Numbered from the stretch's first letter, positions 28,568 through 38,681 are shown. The stretch is 64,000 nucleotides of DNA from an uncultured Acidobacteriota bacterium (GCA_963741955.1 CAVUKB010000005.1:1376001-1440000), one strand, 5' to 3'. Translations and numbers: made by a program. Notes: generated by a model from the letters alone, not told the origin.

Positions 28568-30262
28568 ATGAAGAAAGCTCTCTTTTCTCTTCTCTTTCTC
28601 GCAACCGTCGCGCTCCCGCTGCCTCTCGCAGCCGCCGATCGGCCCGATCTCGTCGTGGTCATCTCCATCGATCAGTTTCGTTACGAGTACGTTCAACGCT
28701 TCGCGCCGTACTTCGGAAAGGATGGGTTCAACCGTTTTCTGATCCATGGCGCGACGTTCGAGAACGCTCGCTATCCGTACGCCATCACCTACACCGGCCC
28801 GGGACACGCTGCGATCGGCACGGGCCGCGATCCGGCGCACAGCGGCATCGTCTCCAACGACTGGTGGGACCGCCGCGAGGAACACAACGAATACTGCGTC
28901 GAAGACGACCGCACCGTACCGACCGCTCCCGGAGTCGAGCCGGTGTCCCCCCTCAATCTCGCGAGTGACTCCCTCGGCGATCGACTCGAGGAGCACGATC
29001 GCGGCGCGAAGGTCATCGGGATCTCGATCAAGGACCGCGCCGCGATTCTGATGGCGGGGCGCAAAGCCACCGCTGCCTACTGGTTCGATCCGAAGCTCCC
29101 GGGGTTCGTCTCCACGAACTACTACAAGTGGGATCCCGGCGTCCTCGCATTCAACGAGAAGGTGCCGGAGTTCGTCGCATCGCATTCCGTCTGGGACCTC
29201 TCCGGCCTCCTCACCACCGAACAACTCGACAAACTGACCTTCGATCCTCCGAACCTCCGCCAGTACAAGAGCGACAGAGCCGGACTCGGACGAAGCTTTC
29301 CCCATCCGATCGGGAGCGCCAACGCTCTCCTCTACACCCCGTTCGGAAACGATCTTCTTTTCGCCTTCGCGCGGCACGTGATCGACGCCGAACGCCTCGG
29401 CACGCACGACGACGAGCCGGACATCCTCTGGATCGGCCTCTCACCCCAGGACTATCTGGGGCATGCCTTCGGTCCCGACTCGATGGAAGTGGCCGACTCC
29501 GTAATGCGGATCGATGCATCGCTCGCGACGTTCCTCGACTGGCTCGACACGCGATTCCCGGGACGCGTCACGGTCGCTCTCACCGCAGACCACGGCGTGC
29601 AATCGATACCGGAAGTCGCGAAGGCCCGGGGGAAGGATGCCGGCCGCGTTTCGCTCCGCAACCCGGGGAAGAATGCAAAGACCTTTCGGGATCTCCCGCC
29701 GCTGCGCCACGACCTCGAAAGGCGGATCGCCGGTACGCTCCGGATCAAGGTCACCGACTCCACTCCTCTCTCTCAGGCCATCGTCCTCCGATTCGAGGAG
29801 CCTTCCATCTACATCAACTGGAAGCGCGTCGCGTCACTGCACTTCGACCCGGAGTACATCAGGAAGGTCGTCCGCAATGCGGTCCTCGAGATCAACGGCG
29901 TGTCCCACGCGTACACGGCGACGGAGCTGATGCTTCCCACACCGACGGACGATCCCATCCTCACTGCCGTTCGCCGCTCTTTCCGCGCCGACCGCTCGGG
30001 CGACGTTCTGATCACCCTGAAGGAGGGAACCATCTGGAGCTATGACCCTCCGACCGGAACCACACACGGGCAGCCGGTCGAAGCCGACCAGCACGTGCCT
30101 CTCATGTTCTGGGGTTTCGGAATCCGGGAGGGGGTGTACGACGACGCGGTCTCGCCGCTCGATCTCGCATCCACGCTCGGATCGATCCTGGGGGTGGAAG
30201 CGGGAACTCCGGGGGCGAAGCCGCTCCCCTGCGTGGAGAAGACGACCGGCGCCGTAAAGTGA
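28568..30262 (+). CDS. Exported alkaline-phosphatase-superfamily enzyme, PafA-like
   Basis: Signal peptide, VISIDQFR, TYTGPGHA (Thr nucleophile), SIKDRAAIL, DYLGHAFGPDS, TADHG, GTTHG. Confidence 0.88.
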   Translation: MKKALFSLLFLATVALPLPLAAADRPDLVVVISIDQFRYEYVQRFAPYFGKDGFNRFLIHGATFENARYPYAITYTGPGHAAIGTGRDPAHSGIVSNDWWDRREEHNEYCVEDDRTVPTAPGVEPVSPLNLASDSLGDRLEEHDRGAKVIGISIKDRAAILMAGRKATAAYWFDPKLPGFVSTNYYKWDPGVLAFNEKVPEFVASHSVWDLSGLLTTEQLDKLTFDPPNLRQYKSDRAGLGRSFPHPIGSANALLYTPFGNDLLFAFARHVIDAERLGTHDDEPDILWIGLSPQDYLGHAFGPDSMEVADSVMRIDASLATFLDWLDTRFPGRVTVALTADHGVQSIPEVAKARGKDAGRVSLRNPGKNAKTFRDLPPLRHDLERRIAGTLRIKVTDSTPLSQAIVLRFEEPSIYINWKRVASLHFDPEYIRKVVRNAVLEINGVSHAYTATELMLPTPTDDPILTAVRRSFRADRSGDVLITLKEGTIWSYDPPTGTTHGQPVEADQHVPLMFWGFGIREGVYDDAVSPLDLASTLGSILGVEAGTPGAKPLPCVEKTTGAVK

Positions 30263-30358
30263 GGTGACGCGCGCGAGGGGTTCGGCTCCGCATCCGGAAT
30301 TCGCGGTGTGAATTCTCTTCGCCAGCGACAGAGCATCCGTCGAAGGCCACCTCTTCAT

Positions 30359-31723
30359 CTACTCCACGACGGCGGCGACCAGATCGTACGGAAACGTCTC
30401 GCTGATCTCGACGTTCACGATCGCAGGAAACTCTCCGACCAGTTCGATCCCGTCATTGATCAGAAGCCTTCCGTCGATCTCCGGAGCCTGGCTCACCAGG
30501 CGTCCCTCGAGGAGATGTTCCGTCTCTTCGCAGACCCCCGTCACGATCGCTTCGAAGCGCCGGCCCACCTTCGCCGAGTTCTTTCGCTCCGAGATTCCCT
30601 GCTGAAGTGCCATCAGTGCATTCATCCGCGCTTCGGCGACCGCGGCGGCCGGAATGTCCGCCATACGTGCAGCCGGCGTCGACTCCTCCTGCGAATACGG
30701 GAAGACACCGAAGTGATCGAACTCCGCCCACTGCACGAATTGAGCGAGCTCCTCGAATGCGTCGTCATTCTCACCGGGGTGTCCGGCGATGAAAGTCGTG
30801 CGCAGCGTGAGATCGGGAACGAGATCGCGCATCCGGCTGATCATCGCCCGGTACTCCGCCGGCGAACCGGGGCGCCTCATCGTCTTCAGCACTTCGGCCG
30901 AGACGTGCTGCAGAGGGATGTCGCAGTACGAAAGGAATCGCTTCTCGCGTCCCATCAGTTCGAACAGGGACCAGTCGAGACTTCCCGGGTAGGCGTAGAG
31001 AAAGCGGATCCACGGGAATGAAGTCTCTGCGAGGAGACGCTCGACGAGTCGCGTGAGACCGTTCGCCACGCCGAGGTCCTGTCCGTAACGCGTGGTGTCC
31101 TGAGCGACCAGGCAGAGCTCCTTCACTCCCTGGCTTTCCAGCTGCTTCGCTTCCCCGACCAGCGAGTCGATGGTCCGGCTCCGGAACTTTCCCCTCATCT
31201 GCGGAATCGCGCAGAAGGTGCAGGGATTCGAGCAACCTTCGGAGACCTTGAGGTATGCGTGCGAGCGCCCCGCAGTCAGCACGCGCGGCAGATCTTCGTA
31301 GAGTCGAACCGACATCTTCCGGCGCACCGGAGCGGAGTCGGTCGGCAGCGGAAGCCCGGTGACGGCAGGGGTGATCTGTTCGAGCGCGTCGAGGCCGACG
31401 AACGCGTCGATCTCGGGAATCGCTTCCTGGAGCTCGGTCCGGTACCGCTGCACCATGCACCCGCTCACGACCAGACGCTGCAGACCTCCGTTCTTCCTCT
31501 GCGCCATCTCGAGGATCGTGTCGATCGATTCCTTCTTCGCGGAATCGATGAATCCGCAGGTATTCACGATCACCACGTCGGCGTCTTCGAGATCATGTGT
31601 CAGCTCGACTTCCGATTCGCCGCTCAGCTGGCCGAGCATGATCTCTGCGTCGACGAGGTTCTTGGGGCAGCCTAGGGAGATCATCCCCACGCGCTTGACG
31701 TTCTTCTTCTGCCGCTGGCTCAT
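30359..31723 (-). CDS. rimO: Ribosomal protein S12 methylthiotransferase
   Basis: SLGCPKNLVD, VNTCGFI, KVSEGCSNPCTFCAIP, QAPEIDG. Confidence 0.95.
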   Translation of the reverse strand: MSQRQKKNVKRVGMISLGCPKNLVDAEIMLGQLSGESEVELTHDLEDADVVIVNTCGFIDSAKKESIDTILEMAQRKNGGLQRLVVSGCMVQRYRTELQEAIPEIDAFVGLDALEQITPAVTGLPLPTDSAPVRRKMSVRLYEDLPRVLTAGRSHAYLKVSEGCSNPCTFCAIPQMRGKFRSRTIDSLVGEAKQLESQGVKELCLVAQDTTRYGQDLGVANGLTRLVERLLAETSFPWIRFLYAYPGSLDWSLFELMGREKRFLSYCDIPLQHVSAEVLKTMRRPGSPAEYRAMISRMRDLVPDLTLRTTFIAGHPGENDDAFEELAQFVQWAEFDHFGVFPYSQEESTPAARMADIPAAAVAEARMNALMALQQGISERKNSAKVGRRFEAIVTGVCEETEHLLEGRLVSQAPEIDGRLLINDGIELVGEFPAIVNVEISETFPYDLVAAVVE

Positions 31724-31919
31724 GTCCTCGCCCCTCAACACGACAGGCACGCCGCGGTATTCTCCGGCCGCATGATGCCGCCACGCAGACCCGATGCTGG
31801 TCCGGCCCGGGAACCGAAGGCGCGGGTTCACCCCGTGCGCTGCAGCGCAATCTCCGGCGGTGGTCCGGTTGCCGGCCCCGCGTTCAGCAGGGAGACCCGG
31901 GGGGCATTGAAACGAAGAA

Positions 31920-32906
31920 TTACGCGACGCCGTCCGTCCCCACCAGTCGAAGCGCGTCGATGCGCCAGAGCGCCGCAGCGGCGCCCTTCTCGGTGACCAC
32001 TCGATGCAGCTCTTCGTCCATCAGATCCGTTTCCAGGAGCGGATCCGTCTCTTCGTCCATCGGATCCGCAAGACGTGACCCCATCGCGGTCACCACACGC
32101 TCGACGAGGCGGTCGTGCAGTTCCGGGACCGACGCGCTACCTCGTTCACCGGCAGTCGGGAGGGCGTCACCACGGACCACGTAGATGATCCGAGCCCGAG
32201 CCTCCAGCCATACCAGTGCGGCGGCGAGCGTCGCGACGTCCCAGTTCCGCTGCCGCTCCCAGACTGCGGCCAGAGAGGATGAACTGCCGCCGTTCGGCTC
32301 GAGCACATTGGCCTGAATCTCCCAGATCAGCGCGAGCGCACCGGTGGGATCGAGTGTCCCCGCCGTGGCTCCCACCGATCCGGGGAGCGTCTGCTGCTTC
32401 CCGGCGGCCAGAGCGATCTCGATCGCGTCGCTCTCGGAATCGACCACTACGTCGAACGTGATCGTTTCGGGGCGCCCTTCGAGATGCGCGTTCCGCCCCA
32501 TGATGATCAGCCCGGCGGGGACCGGTTCCCCTTGATCCAATGCGCAGCGCGTCACCCGCTCGACTTCAGAGGGATATTCGCCGGCGCCGCTCTCCAGGGG
32601 ACCGAGCGGCGTGACGAACCCCGCCATCCGCCCGCCGAAGATCCTCGGACGCCAGAAGCTCTCCGTCGGTTCCATCGCCCGCCATCTCGGCAGCGACTTC
32701 TGCACGTACTTTTCGATCACCGACTGCCGAAGACCGGAAAGGTCCTCCGGCCGGATCTCGTGGGGAGGAATCGATTCTGCGAGCTCCGCGAATTCCTCGA
32801 GGAGGGGAGCGCCGAGCCCGACGTAGAGCTCGTACAACGCACTCTTCGTCTCCGGCGCGATGCGGTAGGCTTCGAGAAGCGCAGCTACCTGGGGCGGAAA
32901 AGTCAT
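31920..32906 (-). CDS. Hypothetical protein (328 aa)
   Basis: Long ORF with normal composition between dusB and rimO on the same strand. No family recognised. Confidence 0.65.
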   Translation of the reverse strand: MTFPPQVAALLEAYRIAPETKSALYELYVGLGAPLLEEFAELAESIPPHEIRPEDLSGLRQSVIEKYVQKSLPRWRAMEPTESFWRPRIFGGRMAGFVTPLGPLESGAGEYPSEVERVTRCALDQGEPVPAGLIIMGRNAHLEGRPETITFDVVVDSESDAIEIALAAGKQQTLPGSVGATAGTLDPTGALALIWEIQANVLEPNGGSSSSLAAVWERQRNWDVATLAAALVWLEARARIIYVVRGDALPTAGERGSASVPELHDRLVERVVTAMGSRLADPMDEETDPLLETDLMDEELHRVVTEKGAAAALWRIDALRLVGTDGVA

Positions 32907-32969
32907 TCAGTGTTGGCCAACAACGGCGCTTCCCATCGCACTCCCCCGCCGCCACAGACGGGGAAAACG

Positions 32970-34010
32970 TCACGATTGCACGGCGAGAACCGCTTCGTCG
33001 ACTGTCCCGGACGGATGGAATCGCGTCGCCTCTGCGAGCTCGTGCGCGCGGGTGAGGAGGCGCAGAACGTCGTCGATCGATGCGGTGTCCGCCAGTCCCT
33101 GCCTGAGGTCCTTCCCGTGCGGAATCCCTTTGGAGAACCAGCCGAGCATTGTTCTCGCTTTGTGGAGCTTCCACTTGAGCGGTTGAGGTGCCGCATCGAT
33201 CTTCCGGAGATACCGCTCCATCGCCTCGATCCGCCGGTCGATCTCATCCGGAACCGCCTCGCCGTTCACGAACGCCTGGATGTCGCTGAAGATGAAAGGA
33301 TTGTGGAGTGCGGCGCGCCCGATCATCACCCCATCGCACCCGGTCTCCTTCACCATTCTCACCGCATCCGCGGGAGTCTTCACGTCACCATTCCCGAAGA
33401 GCGGAATCCGGATCTCCTTCTTGACCTGTGCGATGTACGCCCAGTCGCTCGCACCCGTATACGCCTCGCTGCGGGTGCGCCCGTGAATGGCGATGGATGC
33501 GACGCCGATCTCTTCGAACCGCTTCAGCAGCGGAAGGACGTCATCGCTCTCCCATCCCTTCCGCACCTTCACCGTCACCGGAATCTTCACCCGCCGCCGG
33601 ATCTTTTCCACCACGCTGGCGGCCCGATCGAAGTCCTTGAGAAGCGCGGACCCTGCCCCGCTGTTCACGATCTTCTTCACCGGGCAACCCATGTTCACGT
33701 CGACGATGTCGACCCCCTCCGCCTCGACGATCGCGGCCGCATCGTCCATCCGATCGGGATCTCCGCCATAGATCTGGATCGCCACCGGACGTTCCGCGTC
33801 GTTGAACGTCAGCATCTGGCGACTTCGCTTGTTCTTGCGGGTCAGACCTTCAGCGGAGACGAATTCGGAAACGACGAGGCCCACCCCTCCCAACTCCTTG
33901 ATCAGCGACCTATAGTACGTATCGGTCACCTCGGCCATCGGGGCGAGTGCGAGAGGCGGATCGATCATGACTTCACCGATCCGGAAGGGCGAGAAAAAAG
34001 GCTTCTCCAT
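32970..34010 (-). CDS. dusB: tRNA-dihydrouridine synthase
   Basis: LAPMAEVTD, DVNMGCPVKK, GSALL, VTVKVRKGW, HGRT, GNGDV, GVMIGRA. Confidence 0.92.
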   Translation of the reverse strand: MEKPFFSPFRIGEVMIDPPLALAPMAEVTDTYYRSLIKELGGVGLVVSEFVSAEGLTRKNKRSRQMLTFNDAERPVAIQIYGGDPDRMDDAAAIVEAEGVDIVDVNMGCPVKKIVNSGAGSALLKDFDRAASVVEKIRRRVKIPVTVKVRKGWESDDVLPLLKRFEEIGVASIAIHGRTRSEAYTGASDWAYIAQVKKEIRIPLFGNGDVKTPADAVRMVKETGCDGVMIGRAALHNPFIFSDIQAFVNGEAVPDEIDRRIEAMERYLRKIDAAPQPLKWKLHKARTMLGWFSKGIPHGKDLRQGLADTASIDDVLRLLTRAHELAEATRFHPSGTVDEAVLAVQS

Positions 34011-34110
34011 AGGTTCTTTTCTCAACGTTGGAGCCTCATTCGATGTTCCTGGCAGAACCGTTCGCCCCTCCATCGCGTCCCATTTCATAGAAAAACCCGG
34101 AGCCGCGGTC

Positions 34111-34126
34111 TGGCACTCCGAATGCA
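34111..34126 (+). promoter_or_regulatory. Putative sigma-54 promoter of degP
   Basis: TGGCACTCCGAATGCA (GG-N10-GC), suitably placed before SD AGGAGG and ATG 34170. Confidence 0.55.
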
Positions 34127-34169
34127 CGCCCGACCACGGAAGGGTAACCTTCAGGAGGTACAAGTACAC

Positions 34170-35663
34170 ATGTCGCAGTCAGTAAAGCGTACCATCTCGA
34201 TTCTCGCGATCATCGTCGCTTCGGTCGCCGCCGGCGTGATCCTCACCGCAGATTTCGGCTGGATGAAGAAATCCGCCGCCCAGCAGGTGACGACCACCCC
34301 CGACGGGAGCGTCGCCATGATGACCGTTCCGTCATTTGCCGACCTCGCGGATCGAGTGATGCCGGCCGTCGTCTCGATCACCTCGAAGGAGATCGTGCAT
34401 GGGCAGAGCGGTCAGGGGATCAACCCCTTCGATTTCTTCTTCCCCGACCATCCCCGGATCCCGAACAATCAGGACAATGAGCGTGAGCAGATCAGCGGCG
34501 GCTCCGGATTCATCATCTCTCCTGACGGGTACATCCTCACCAACAACCACGTGATCGAAGGCGCCTCATCCATCGAAGTCCGGATCGGGAAAGAAGACAC
34601 CACCGTCCCGGCGAAGATCATCGGTCGCGATCCGGCCACCGACATCGCACTGATCAAGGTCGACGTCGGCCATCCGCTTCCGACCGTGAAACTCGGTGAC
34701 TCCAATACCACCCGAGTCGGAGACTGGGCCATCGCCATCGGCAACCCCCTGGAGATGGAGAACACCCTCACCGTCGGCGTGATCTCCGCGAAGGGACGCT
34801 CGCTCGGTATCAGCGAGGCGACCGCCTCCTTCGAGAACTTCCTCCAGACCGACGCGGCGATCAACTTCGGTAATTCCGGAGGGCCACTGCTGAACATCAA
34901 GGGCGAGGTCATCGGCATCAACACCGCGATCCGCGCCATGGCTCAGAACATCGGCTTCGCCATCCCGATCGACATCGCCAAGAAGGTCTACCCGCAGCTG
35001 AAGGCATCGGGCAAGGTCACCCGCGGATACCTCGGGATCAACATCACCGAGATCGACGAGAAGTACCAGAAGGCATTCAACCTTCCGAACATGAACGGCG
35101 TCCTGGTCCAGAACGTCGAAGCATCCGGTCCCGCAGCGAAGGCGGGCATCCAGCCCGGAGACGTCATCATCCAGGTCGATACCCGGCAGATTAAGAGCAG
35201 CCGCGACCTGATCGACTACGTTTCGGATCTCGGGCCGGGCAAGCGGATCTCCATCACCCTGATCCGCAATGGCAAGACCGAGCACGTCACTGCGACCACC
35301 GGCGAGCGGCCTCCAGTCGGACAGGAGACGAATCAGGAGGGCGGCGAGGAGAATCCTGCCCGGAACCGGATCGGTCTCACCGTCCAGCAGATCACTCCGG
35401 GACTGCGGCAGATGTACGGTCTCCCGTCGAGCGCGAACGGAGTGATCATCACCGACGTGAAGTCCGTGTCACCTGCGGCAGAAGCGGGTCTTTCTCAGGG
35501 TGACGTCATCACCTCCGCCGCCGGAGAGACGATCAATACGCCGCAGGAGCTGAAACGGATCGTGGACCGGATGAAGAGTGGAGAGTATCTGAGACTCTAC
35601 GTCAGCCGATTCGGACGGAACGGTCAATCGCAGTCGTTCTTCGTTCCCGTCCAGATTCCGTAA
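34170..35663 (+). CDS. degP: HtrA/DegP (Do) serine protease with two PDZ domains
   Basis: GSGFII, TNNHV, DIALIK, QTDAAINFGNSGGPL, two PDZ domains. The ORF-track extension to 32484 is antisense to dusB. Confidence 0.93.
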   Translation: MSQSVKRTISILAIIVASVAAGVILTADFGWMKKSAAQQVTTTPDGSVAMMTVPSFADLADRVMPAVVSITSKEIVHGQSGQGINPFDFFFPDHPRIPNNQDNEREQISGGSGFIISPDGYILTNNHVIEGASSIEVRIGKEDTTVPAKIIGRDPATDIALIKVDVGHPLPTVKLGDSNTTRVGDWAIAIGNPLEMENTLTVGVISAKGRSLGISEATASFENFLQTDAAINFGNSGGPLLNIKGEVIGINTAIRAMAQNIGFAIPIDIAKKVYPQLKASGKVTRGYLGINITEIDEKYQKAFNLPNMNGVLVQNVEASGPAAKAGIQPGDVIIQVDTRQIKSSRDLIDYVSDLGPGKRISITLIRNGKTEHVTATTGERPPVGQETNQEGGEENPARNRIGLTVQQITPGLRQMYGLPSSANGVIITDVKSVSPAAEAGLSQGDVITSAAGETINTPQELKRIVDRMKSGEYLRLYVSRFGRNGQSQSFFVPVQIP

Positions 35664-35689
35664 TACCCCCCGGGACCCCCCCTGTCCCG

Positions 35690-35723
35690 TGCCCTCCGCG
35701 TCTTTCGACGCGGGGGGCATTTT
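35690..35723 (+). terminator. Intrinsic terminator after degP
   Basis: TGCCCTCCGCGTC-TTTC-GACGCGGGGGGCA-TTTT. Confidence 0.75.
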
Positions 35724-35762
35724 CGTTTTGCGCGACAGCAGCCGGCCGATAGAATCCCCCCG

Positions 35763-36848
35763 ATGAACCTCGATCACCAGATGATGGCCAGAGCGTTGGA
35801 TCTCGCGGCCGAGGGACGCCATTCCACCAGTCCCAACCCGATGGTGGGATGCGTGGTGGTGAAGGAAGGGAAGATCATCGGGACGGGATGGCACGAACGG
35901 GCGGGGAAACCGCACGCCGAAGTCCTCGCAATCGAAGCGGCCGGCGAGGCGTCCCGAGGCGCGACCGCATACGTCAACCTCGAGCCGTGCTGCCACACCG
36001 GACGGACCGGACCCTGCACCGACGTTCTCATCCGCGCCGGTGTCAGCCGGGTGGTGGTCGCCATCTCGGATCCCAATCCGAAAGTGGACGGGATGGGAAT
36101 CCAGGCGCTTCGAACGGAAGGGATTCACGTCGACGTCGGCGTGCTGGCCGACGAAGCCGAGTCGTTGAACGAGAAGTTTCTCTTCGCCGCGAGGACGGGA
36201 CTTCCATTCGTTCTTCTCAAGGCGGGGATGACCACAGATGGGAAGCTTGCGACGGAAGGAGGGAGGAAACAGTGGATCACCTCACCCCCCTCGCTCGAAC
36301 GAAGCCTCCTTCTCCGCGAAGAATACGACGCGATTCTCGTCGGGAGCGGAACGGTGATTGCCGATGATCCGCGGCTGACGCGGCGTCTGGGCCTGAACCA
36401 TGCGGTGACGCCGTGGCGGCGCGTGGTGGTGGACTCGTCCGGCGAGATTCCCGCAGACTCTCACGTTTTCGACCGCGATGCCGAGACGATCGTCTACGTA
36501 CCGAATGCGAGCTGGTACGCTGGAACCGCGAAGAACGTCGCCATCGTCGAAGTGGCCGGCCAGAACGGGCGGCTCGATCTCCGGGAGGTACTCGCGGATC
36601 TCCATCGGCGCGGCGTCGGCTCCGTGATCGCGGAAGGAGGAGCGAAGCTCCACACCAGCCTGATCGAGCAGGAGCTGTGGAGGAAAGTGACCCTCTTCGT
36701 CGCGCCGATGTTTCTCGGTGGAGCGCATTCACCGTCGATCTTCGATCGGGAGGTCGCCGATCTCGACCAGGCGTACCGATTCCGATTCGACTCGGTGGAG
36801 CGGATCGGCGACGATCTCCAGGTGACCGGCTACAACGATCGCGCGTGA
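35763..36848 (+). CDS. ribD: Riboflavin biosynthesis deaminase/reductase
   Basis: PNPMVGCV, HAEV, LEPCCHTGRTGPC, DPNP, DDPRLT, EGGA. Confidence 0.95.
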   Translation: MNLDHQMMARALDLAAEGRHSTSPNPMVGCVVVKEGKIIGTGWHERAGKPHAEVLAIEAAGEASRGATAYVNLEPCCHTGRTGPCTDVLIRAGVSRVVVAISDPNPKVDGMGIQALRTEGIHVDVGVLADEAESLNEKFLFAARTGLPFVLLKAGMTTDGKLATEGGRKQWITSPPSLERSLLLREEYDAILVGSGTVIADDPRLTRRLGLNHAVTPWRRVVVDSSGEIPADSHVFDRDAETIVYVPNASWYAGTAKNVAIVEVAGQNGRLDLREVLADLHRRGVGSVIAEGGAKLHTSLIEQELWRKVTLFVAPMFLGGAHSPSIFDREVADLDQAYRFRFDSVERIGDDLQVTGYNDRA

Positions 36849-36893
36849 GCGGCTCTCCACCCGCACGTGATCACCAGAGGAAAGGGTGAACCG

Positions 36894-37505
36894 ATGTTTA
36901 CTGGACTGATTCACGAAACCGGCACCGTGGTGGCGTTCGAGAAAAGTGCCGCCGGTGCCCGACTCGAATTGCAGTGGTCCCCCCGCGACGAACCGGTGGT
37001 GCACGGCGAGAGCGTCGCGGTGAACGGCGTCTGTCTGACGTTCCTCCCGGAACCGGACGGTCGCGTCTCGGCCGACCTCTCGCCGGAGACGCTCGCACTG
37101 ACAGCACTGGAAGATCTCGTCCCGGGCGAGGCCGTGAATCTCGAGCGTGCTCTTCGCCTCGCGGACCGGCTGGGAGGCCACATCGTCCAGGGACACGTCG
37201 ACGCGGTCGGGGAGCTGATCAGCACGGAAACCCAGGGTGAGTTCGCCGTCTACCGCTGGACGTATCCCGCGCAGTTCGCACCGCTGGTCGTCTCGAAAGG
37301 ATCGATCGCGGTGGACGGAATCTCTCTCACCATCGTGGATCCCGACGAACGAAGCTTCGCGGTGGCACTGATCCCCGAGACGCTGGAGAAAACGAACCTC
37401 GGGCGATCGAGACCCGGCCGGCGGTTCAACCTCGAGTTCGACGTCACCGCCAAGCTCGTACAGCGGATGCTCGAGCCTTATCTGGAACGGATCGCCTCGC
37501 GGTGA
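36894..37505 (+). CDS. ribE: Riboflavin synthase (alpha chain)
   Basis: MFTGLI, SVAVNGVCLT, VNLERAL, GGHIVQGHVD, KGSIAVDGISLT, IPET, NLEFD. Confidence 0.95.
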   Translation: MFTGLIHETGTVVAFEKSAAGARLELQWSPRDEPVVHGESVAVNGVCLTFLPEPDGRVSADLSPETLALTALEDLVPGEAVNLERALRLADRLGGHIVQGHVDAVGELISTETQGEFAVYRWTYPAQFAPLVVSKGSIAVDGISLTIVDPDERSFAVALIPETLEKTNLGRSRPGRRFNLEFDVTAKLVQRMLEPYLERIASR

Positions 37506-38551
37506 TCACCTACGTCCGGCAGGCTGCGATCCAGGTGCGGCAGTTCGAGGCTCCGCAGGCTCCGTTCTGGACCGGCGCAGCCGTGAGCCCGTATTCGAAG
37601 AAGCGCTCGACGCCTCTCTCGCTCGATCTCATCGCCCTCACCGCGCTCTCCGTCGATCGCGCGGAAGTCGCCGTCGCCACTCCGGCAGGAGAGCTCCTCG
37701 CGCGGGATAACCGCCTGAGCGGAGCTCTTCCGGTTCTCGTCGACGCCACCGGAAGAGCGGAGCTCACCTTCCGCCGGGGCCGAGAGGCACTCGAAGCCCT
37801 CCTCGACAACGGCGTCGCCGCCGTCCATCTCACCTCGGCCGATGGGGTCATACCTGTAGTTGCACATGCTTCTTCAGACATGACCCTATGCATAAGCACA
37901 TGGCCGCTGCTGGAAGATGATCTGCAGGTGTTGTTTCAGGAGGCCGGGGAACGTTCGCTGCGCTGGGGAATCCTCGTCCCGGTGATCTATCCGTTGACCA
38001 CCGATCTTCCCCTGATCGAGCGGCTGGTCGAGGCGGCGGCGCGGCGCGGCGCTTCATTCGTCGCCGCGGCGGCGATCGAGATGGATCCGGCGGCCCGCCA
38101 CGCGGTCGCACTCCTCGGGGACGGAGAGATGGACGAGGACGTCCTGCGGACACTGTACGAATCCGACCTCGACACCCTCGAGGTCGCGACGGAGCGGCAC
38201 GTCGCGGCACGTGCGGCGGAGCTCGGCCTCGCGGACCACGTCGTCCCTCCGCGCGCGGCGGAGCCTTCGAACTGGAACGGGGCGTCGCTTCTCGCCCGGA
38301 CCGCGTACCGGATGATCCGGATGGACCGCGACGTGGAGCTCGGGTGGGAGATCGCGAGGGCCGCCCGGACCATTGCCCGGCTCGGAAAACCGCTCACGGT
38401 GATCGCCGGAAGTGCGAGCCTCTCCATCGTGGACGACATCGAGGAGCCGGCGGCCGAGATCCTCGAGGAGTGGCTCGACCGCGGTACGGCGGGATTCGTC
38501 GAGCGCGTCGATCGCGAGTGGCGTCTTCGACGCGACTACCTCGCAGAGTGA
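37502..38551 (+). CDS. Hypothetical protein: degenerate SPL-like radical-SAM barrel plus C-terminal PolX-type HhH (HHH_8-like) domain
   Basis: GTGA overlap with ribE. GILVPVIYPLTTD..IERLVEAAARRGASF and N..SLL.R.A..AARTIARL..PL..L..V..I..A..LEEWL..G. No CxxxCxxC. Confidence 0.6.
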   Translation: MITYVRQAAIQVRQFEAPQAPFWTGAAVSPYSKKRSTPLSLDLIALTALSVDRAEVAVATPAGELLARDNRLSGALPVLVDATGRAELTFRRGREALEALLDNGVAAVHLTSADGVIPVVAHASSDMTLCISTWPLLEDDLQVLFQEAGERSLRWGILVPVIYPLTTDLPLIERLVEAAARRGASFVAAAAIEMDPAARHAVALLGDGEMDEDVLRTLYESDLDTLEVATERHVAARAAELGLADHVVPPRAAEPSNWNGASLLARTAYRMIRMDRDVELGWEIARAARTIARLGKPLTVIAGSASLSIVDDIEEPAAEILEEWLDRGTAGFVERVDREWRLRRDYLAE

Positions 38552-38681
38552 CGCCGGCGAAGCTCCGACCCGGCTTTTTCCCACCGTCGCGCATTTACGG
38601 CAAAGACTCCAGGTGCGGGCGCCAGCCCGGCTCTCGACCCGCTCCGAATTTCTGATTCTGCGAAGATGTTCCTCCGAGAGC

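Noticed and set aside
32484-34169. N-terminal extension making DegP 1059 aa
   Set aside because: Antisense to dusB. The ATG at 34170 has an SD and a signal/TM segment.
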